DNA of 51,351 nt from an uncultured bacterium. GTDB lineage: Bacteria > Lernaellota > Lernaellaia > Lernaellales > Lernaellaceae. Shown in pieces: positions 46,358 through 51,351 of this stretch. A program made the position numbers and the translations under genes. How positions within the stretch are numbered: the stretch's first letter is position 1; each line of letters starts with the position of its first letter. The stretch covers positions 1-51,351 of the forward strand of contig CAZHPN010000017.1 of the NCBI GenBank assembly GCA_964534375.1. The letters run 5' to 3'. Below the pieces are notes generated by a model, which saw nothing but the letters and a program-made list of their open reading frames with translations, did no database searches and was not told the origin of the DNA.

Positions 46358-47473
46358 ATGACGCCAGCCGACCCGACCAGCCGCCACTTGTTTCGGCGCT
46401 ATCCGGCGCTGGTGGGCAAACTGCCGTGGCTGCCGCTGGCCGACCTGCCCTCGCCCGTTGAACCCCTGACCAAACTCGGCGCCGCGGCCGGCCTGCGCGA
46501 CCTGTGGGTCAAACGCGACGATCGCAACTCGCCGCTTTACGGCGGCAACAAGCCGCGCAAGTTCGAATTCGTTTTCGCCGAGGCGCTGGCCCTCGGCCGG
46601 CAGGAAGTCGTGACGCTCGGCGGCGCCGGCTCGAACCATGCCGCAGCCGTCTGCCTGTATTCGCAGAAGTTGAATTTGCGGGCGACGTTGGCCGTCGGTC
46701 CGCAACCGGTGCTCTCGTACGTGCGGCGCAATATCCTGGTCGATCACGCCTGCGGGGCGCATTTTCTGGTGGGCGAGAACGACGCTTCCGCGTTCCTGAA
46801 GGCGGCGGCGCATTGCCTCGGGCCGCGGCTGCGCGGCCGCACGCCGCCGTACTTCATGTACTACGGCGCGAGCAGCCCGACCGGGAACGCGGGCTTCGTC
46901 AACGCGGCGCTCGAACTGGCGGACCAGATCAAGACCGGCGAATTGCCGATGCCGCGGCGCGTGTTCACCGCGACCGGGTCGTGCGGCACGCACGCGGGTT
47001 TGCTCGTCGGGTTTCGCGCGGCCGGCCTGCCGATCGAGGTCGTCGGCGTCAGCGTCGTGCCGAAGACTTTGACCAACCGTTACGTCGTGGCGCTGCACGC
47101 CAACCGCACGGTCCGCTTTTTGCGCGGGCTCGACCCGTCGTTTCCCGCGCTACGCGTGCGCCCCGCCGAGGTGCGTCTGCTCGAAGATTTCGTCGGCGGG
47201 CAATACGGCCGGCCGACGCCGGAAGGCAAGGCGGCGATCCGCCTGATGCAGGAAACGGAAGGCCTGACGCTCGATCCGACGTACACCGGCAAGGCGTTCG
47301 CCGGCATGCTGGCGTTCCTGCGCGAGAACAAGTTGGCCGGCGAGCCGGCGCTGTTTTGGCTGACGCTCAACAGCCGGCCGCTGGACCGCTGGATTCCGTC
47401 GACCGTGCCGGACGATCTGCCGCCGGCGTTGCGGCGATATTTCACCGAGCCGCTTTACGATCCCGAACTCTGA
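46358..47473 (+). CDS. D-cysteine desulfhydrase / ACC deaminase family PLP enzyme
   Basis: WVKRDD, YGGNKPRK, GSNH, GSCGTHAGL, LDPTYTGK (Thr rather than the ACC-deaminase Glu). Confidence 0.88.
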   Translation: MTPADPTSRHLFRRYPALVGKLPWLPLADLPSPVEPLTKLGAAAGLRDLWVKRDDRNSPLYGGNKPRKFEFVFAEALALGRQEVVTLGGAGSNHAAAVCLYSQKLNLRATLAVGPQPVLSYVRRNILVDHACGAHFLVGENDASAFLKAAAHCLGPRLRGRTPPYFMYYGASSPTGNAGFVNAALELADQIKTGELPMPRRVFTATGSCGTHAGLLVGFRAAGLPIEVVGVSVVPKTLTNRYVVALHANRTVRFLRGLDPSFPALRVRPAEVRLLEDFVGGQYGRPTPEGKAAIRLMQETEGLTLDPTYTGKAFAGMLAFLRENKLAGEPALFWLTLNSRPLDRWIPSTVPDDLPPALRRYFTEPLYDPEL

Positions 47474-47503
47474 GTCGGAGCGGCGTTTCGAGGAGGGAGC
47501 AAC

Positions 47504-47977
47504 ATGCGTCGTTCTCTATTGGCGATTTCCCTGTTGATTCTAGTGCTGACGGCCGTCGCTTACGCCGGCCCGACGACGCCCGCGACGCTCGAAGGTTATC
47601 TCGCCAAACTCAAGCTCAAACCGCAGCAGCCGACGCCCGGCGAATATCAGTTTTCGCTCGGCTTCCCCGGGACGAAGCCCGAAAAGTTTCTCGTGCGGGC
47701 GATGCCCGACCAAAAAATCGTCTATGTGGCGATCGTCGACGTGACGCAGATTCCGGTCAAAGGACCGTACAGCGACGCCTCTTTCCGCAAACTCGCCGAG
47801 TTGAACTTCAAGCTGACCATCGGCAAGCTCGAATGGGAGCCGCTGACCGGCGAGGTCCGCCTGAGCCACACCTTCGCCAACGAGCAAGGCGTCGATTACC
47901 CGTCGTTCGTCGCGGTGATTCAGACGCTGTTGACCGAGGTGGAAGTCGCGCGAACGGCGTTGAAAAACGCGATGTAG
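47504..47977 (+). CDS. Secreted protein with YbjN/type III chaperone-like domain
   Basis: GAGGAGG RBS; signal peptide ending AYA; RKLAELNFKLTIGKLEW..GEVRLS pattern. Confidence 0.6.
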   Translation: MRRSLLAISLLILVLTAVAYAGPTTPATLEGYLAKLKLKPQQPTPGEYQFSLGFPGTKPEKFLVRAMPDQKIVYVAIVDVTQIPVKGPYSDASFRKLAELNFKLTIGKLEWEPLTGEVRLSHTFANEQGVDYPSFVAVIQTLLTEVEVARTALKNAM

Positions 47978-47984
47978 CGGGGAG

Positions 47985-48190
47985 AGGCTGGGAGACTGAG
48001 AGGCTGAGAGACCGAGAGGCTGCGAGGTCGCATAGCTTGGCTTCCCGTTTGGCTTCCAGAGTCGCCCAGTCGGTTTTCGGGATCTCAGAGAAGTTCTGAA
48101 TGCGCACGCCAAGCGATAAATGGCTGGCCCGGCGAATGGCTTTCCGACCTCTCAGCCTCTCAGCCTCTCAGTCTCTCAGTCTGCCAGCCT
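47985..48190. repeat. 46-bp inverted repeats built from GAGAGGCT octamers flanking a 114-bp core
   Basis: 47985-48030 vs reverse complement of 48145-48190 match at 41/46 positions by manual alignment. Confidence 0.8.
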
Positions 48191-49085
48191 ACAAAGTTTC
48201 CGCCACCGCGCGCGCGATGTCGGCGCAGCCCGCGGCGTTCGGTTGCGGCCACAAGAGCCACGGCGCGAGGTAGTCCGCCGTCCGGCCGCCCCAACGGCGC
48301 TCGAGATCGCAGACCTTCGCATCGAACGACGCGGCGGCGGTCGAGATCAAGAAATTGTCCCGATTCTCCAGCGGCAAATGCGGTGCGCCGACCTTCTGCA
48401 CCGGCAATGCCGGATACGTGACGAACACGAGTTCGACGCCTTCGTCCTGCGCCGTCTGCGCGATCTGCAGCAGACTCATCTGCGTTTGGGCCAGCGTCGC
48501 CCGGCGCGCGCCGGCGTCTTTGGCGTCGGGCGGATCGAGCGGGCGAACGCGCCATTCGTGCGACAGAATCCGGCGGCCGAACGAATGCCCCAGCCGCCAC
48601 GTGGGCCGCGGGCAGTCGCGCGGGCGAAACGGATCGCCGGGCGGGTACTTGTCGAGCAGGACCTTGGGCGTCGCATCCTGCGCGCCGACGAAAACGACCG
48701 CCTGTTTGGCGCGGTAACGTCGCACCTGCCGCAGGAAAAGCTTGGCGACGTCGGCCGACAAGCTGCCGGGCTCGGCGGCGTTGACGACGCTGGCCTCCGG
48801 ATCGTGCCGGCGCAGGAGTTTTTCGAGTTGCGCCGGCCACGTCTGCTCGCGCGGCAGGCCCACGCCCCACGTCCAGGCGTCGCCGAAACAGACCATGTAG
48901 TTGGCGACGTCGTCGAGGCGCGTTTCCATATACACGTTGCGCGGTTCGTACCGTGCCGCGCCGCGCGGCGAACCGTCCGGGCAATACCCCGTGGGCGGCG
49001 CACCGACGCCAAACAGGCGCAACAACAGGTCGAGCGCGATCACGGCCCCCGGGGCCGCGAGCCACCACAATAGCCGACGCTTCAC
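48189..49085 (-). CDS. SGNH/GDSL-fold protein with degenerate catalytic residues
   Basis: N-terminal TM; CFGDAWTWG..EQTWPAQLE, VVNAAEPG, FVGAQD, WPQPNAAG..IA. Confidence 0.75.
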   Translation of the reverse strand: MKRRLLWWLAAPGAVIALDLLLRLFGVGAPPTGYCPDGSPRGAARYEPRNVYMETRLDDVANYMVCFGDAWTWGVGLPREQTWPAQLEKLLRRHDPEASVVNAAEPGSLSADVAKLFLRQVRRYRAKQAVVFVGAQDATPKVLLDKYPPGDPFRPRDCPRPTWRLGHSFGRRILSHEWRVRPLDPPDAKDAGARRATLAQTQMSLLQIAQTAQDEGVELVFVTYPALPVQKVGAPHLPLENRDNFLISTAAASFDAKVCDLERRWGGRTADYLAPWLLWPQPNAAGCADIARAVAETL

Positions 49086-49550
49086 CGAACCCCCACCGGC
49101 GGAACGGGCGTTATGCTAGGAAGAATTTTTCCAGAAAAAAAGGCCCCGATGGGCCAGAGCGAAAAGCCACGCGATTCACCGGCGAACTATGTCAACGGGC
49201 GGAATGGAAACCCGGGGGGGAAGTTTCGCGCCCGGTATTCAATCGGCGGCATTGCACGACGCGCCGTCGTCTTCCGGCCTTGGCCCGAACCGCGCGCGGC
49301 GCGATCGTCCGCGGCCAAAGCCGCACGACGCAGGGCTGTTGAGTCCCCCGCATTCGCCTGCGCATCGCGCCTTCTCCGTTGCCGACGCCGCCGAGTTGGA
49401 AGCGTCGCACTGAAAAACACGCAAAGTCGGCGCCAACAAACACAAGGCGTGTGATTCATTAATCGTATCAATAGGTTGGTTGAAAAACGTCGCCGGATCG
49501 GCGCAAGGAAAACACGCCGTCGCTCTCAAAAAACTGAGAAGTTGCATCGC

Positions 49551-51197
49551 TTATCGGGCGACACATACCGCCTTGGCCAGCGTCGCCGCCGAAATATTTT
49601 CCGCACGTAGGATCGTCTTCAAGGCCTTTTTCGCCTGCGCCGCGGTCAGGTCGGCGCCGGCCTCGGTCAGAAATTTTTGCCGGGCGGTCTCGGCGAGATC
49701 GTTCTGCCCGGAGGCGCCGGAGGGGCTGTCTTGCCGTGCGCTGAAGGTCGCGCCGTCGCTGGCCGTGAGCGTCACGCGCGCCGGGAAAACCATCCGAAAA
49801 TCCTGGAAATGCCGCACGGGGTCGGCGAGCCGGCGCGGGCCCGCGAGGCCGAGGCGACGGGCCAGATTGCGCCCGGCGCCGCCGAACAGCGCGACGTCGC
49901 CGGCGCCCGCCGCGCGCGGCAGATCGAGCGAAATTCGCTTCGGGCCGCCCATTTGCCGGCGGTAGCCCGCCGCGACGCGCGAGAGGTCGGCGAAGCTGAG
50001 CGTGTCGAGAATCTTGCGGCCGTCCAGGCCCCAGCCGAAGGCCTCCGCCGTCTGCCGCGTCATCGACCAATCGTGGCTCAGGCGGACGCGCGCCGCCAAC
50101 TCGCGGATTTCCCCCTGCCGGCGATCGAGCCAATCCTGCTGCATCTCGGCGCCGGTCAGCCGGCCGGCGAGCGCGCCGGTCGCCATCGTCAGCGGAATCG
50201 AAAAATTGATCTCCACCGGCCGCAGCCGCGCGGGGTCGGCGGCGTCGGCCGCGAGGTTGTCCATTTCGATCGTAAACAGCCCGGCGTCGACGTCGAGGCG
50301 GGCGATGTCCGCCGCGGTCGCCGACCGGCCGGCGCGGTCGCGAAACTGCGCCAGCACGCCGAAGAGCGCGTCGAGCGCCGAGGAAACGTAGGCGCAACCC
50401 GGGTGTTTCTTGATCGCCAGCGTGTCCGTGACCCAGACTTCGCCGAGGCCGGCCATCATCTGCGGCAGCGGCGCGAAAGCGAAATGCCGCCAGAAGCCGT
50501 GGCGCGCGTTTTCGATGATGTCGAGCGCGCCCGTCAGCCCCTCGCGCGCGAACTGCGCCGCCTGGACGCCGACGACCGCGGGCCAGGCCGCCGTCAACGC
50601 CTTGCTGTCCGGCCCCATGAAACCGGGCCAGAGCGTGAACGACGGCTGGTAGAGCGCCAGCGCTAGCGCGTGGGCCGTTTGCGCCGCGGTCAGGCCATAC
50701 AGATGCGCGGTCGCCGCCGCGGCTTCGGCGGCGTGAATGAAGCTCCACGCCTGCCCGTTCTGCGGGCCGAGCACGACGCTCGCGCCGAGCCGGCCGCCGA
50801 TCTCGTTGGCGACGATCTGCGCCGCGAGCACGTCCCGGCCGCCCAGGCCGAGTTCCTCGCCGACCGCCAGGCTCGCCAAAACGGCCGAGTGTCCGGTGTG
50901 GCCGAGAAACAGGTAGTCGTCGTAGTCGAGCGACATGCTGCACGCGCAATTCGCCAGCACCGCCTCGTGCAGCGCCGTTTTTTCACCGGTCGGCGCGATC
51001 GTGCAACGGCCCGGCTTGTTCCAGGCCGACACTGCGCGGCGCACGCACTGGGCCGCCTCGGTCCGCGCGCCGGCGCGCAGGCCCGCCGCGATGCTGGCGA
51101 GCTGCTGCCGCGCCCTGTCGCGCACTCGCTCGGGAATGTCGTCGTAACGAACCGCGTTGATCCAGACCGCAAGATTTTCGACAACAAAGGGCGGCAT
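49551..51197 (-). CDS. MmgE/PrpD family protein
   Basis: YDDIPERVRDRAR, SLDYDD..GH, EIGGRLG, AAQFAREGLTG, IKKHPGCAY, FSIP; ATG after GAGG. Confidence 0.85.
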   Translation of the reverse strand: MPPFVVENLAVWINAVRYDDIPERVRDRARQQLASIAAGLRAGARTEAAQCVRRAVSAWNKPGRCTIAPTGEKTALHEAVLANCACSMSLDYDDYLFLGHTGHSAVLASLAVGEELGLGGRDVLAAQIVANEIGGRLGASVVLGPQNGQAWSFIHAAEAAAATAHLYGLTAAQTAHALALALYQPSFTLWPGFMGPDSKALTAAWPAVVGVQAAQFAREGLTGALDIIENARHGFWRHFAFAPLPQMMAGLGEVWVTDTLAIKKHPGCAYVSSALDALFGVLAQFRDRAGRSATAADIARLDVDAGLFTIEMDNLAADAADPARLRPVEINFSIPLTMATGALAGRLTGAEMQQDWLDRRQGEIRELAARVRLSHDWSMTRQTAEAFGWGLDGRKILDTLSFADLSRVAAGYRRQMGGPKRISLDLPRAAGAGDVALFGGAGRNLARRLGLAGPRRLADPVRHFQDFRMVFPARVTLTASDGATFSARQDSPSGASGQNDLAETARQKFLTEAGADLTAAQAKKALKTILRAENISAATLAKAVCVAR

Positions 51198-51266
51198 AGG
51201 GGCCTCGGGGTTGTGGTTTGTCGGTGAAATATACCGCAAAAATCGGGGAGGAGGAGGGAAATTTAA

Positions 51267-51344
51267 ACACAGAGAACACAGAGGAAGGCACAGAGAACTT
51301 AGCGCGGCCCTTCGGGCCGCAACCAAATGGCGGCCTTCGGCCGC
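51267..51344. repeat. CACAGAG tandem repeats plus two GCGGCC-TTC-GGCCGC palindromes (REP-like)
   Basis: acacagagaacacagaggaaggcacagag; gcggcccttcgggccgc and gcggccttcggccgc. Confidence 0.65.
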
Positions 51345-51351
51345 GGTCAAC

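Noticed and set aside
46358..47473. ACC deaminase call
   Set aside because: Has YTGK rather than the YEGK signature, which favours D-cysteine desulfhydrase-like activity

Overview
High-GC bacterial chromosome segment. The gene content (TIGR02266-type PilZ protein, FHA-sigma54 activator, secreted proteins with Asp-rich linkers) suggests a deltaproteobacterial/myxobacteria-related lineage; this is inference only. Contents in order: groES-groEL (groEL cut by the window edge); a divergent signalling cluster (TPR lipoprotein, PilZ, degenerate HD-GYP, HAMP membrane protein, 38-aa membrane peptide, FHA-sigma54 activator) and threonine aldolase; three tandem paralogous GT-C-like membrane proteins, an outer-membrane barrel and two paralogous secreted BNR-PKD proteins that end in an acidic linker and a bare GCGC C-terminus; a compact his operon with two fusions (HisC-HAD phosphatase, HisA-HisI-HisE) under a probably leaderless His-rich leader peptide and attenuator; an FGE-sulfatase-domain protein; queA-tgt-yajC-secD-secF-recJ; a four-gene radical SAM operon (two B12-binding, two SPASM/twitch); a membrane beta-propeller protein and a divergent membrane pentaheme cytochrome c; a GH5 endoglycoceramidase-like lipoprotein; a D-cysteine desulfhydrase-like enzyme; a secreted YbjN-like protein; an SGNH pseudo-hydrolase; and an MmgE/PrpD protein. 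I saw no rRNA, tRNA, CRISPR array or transposase. The best candidates for undescribed biology are the GCGC-terminus/GT-C surface-protein locus, the his attenuator and fusions, and the radical SAM quartet.
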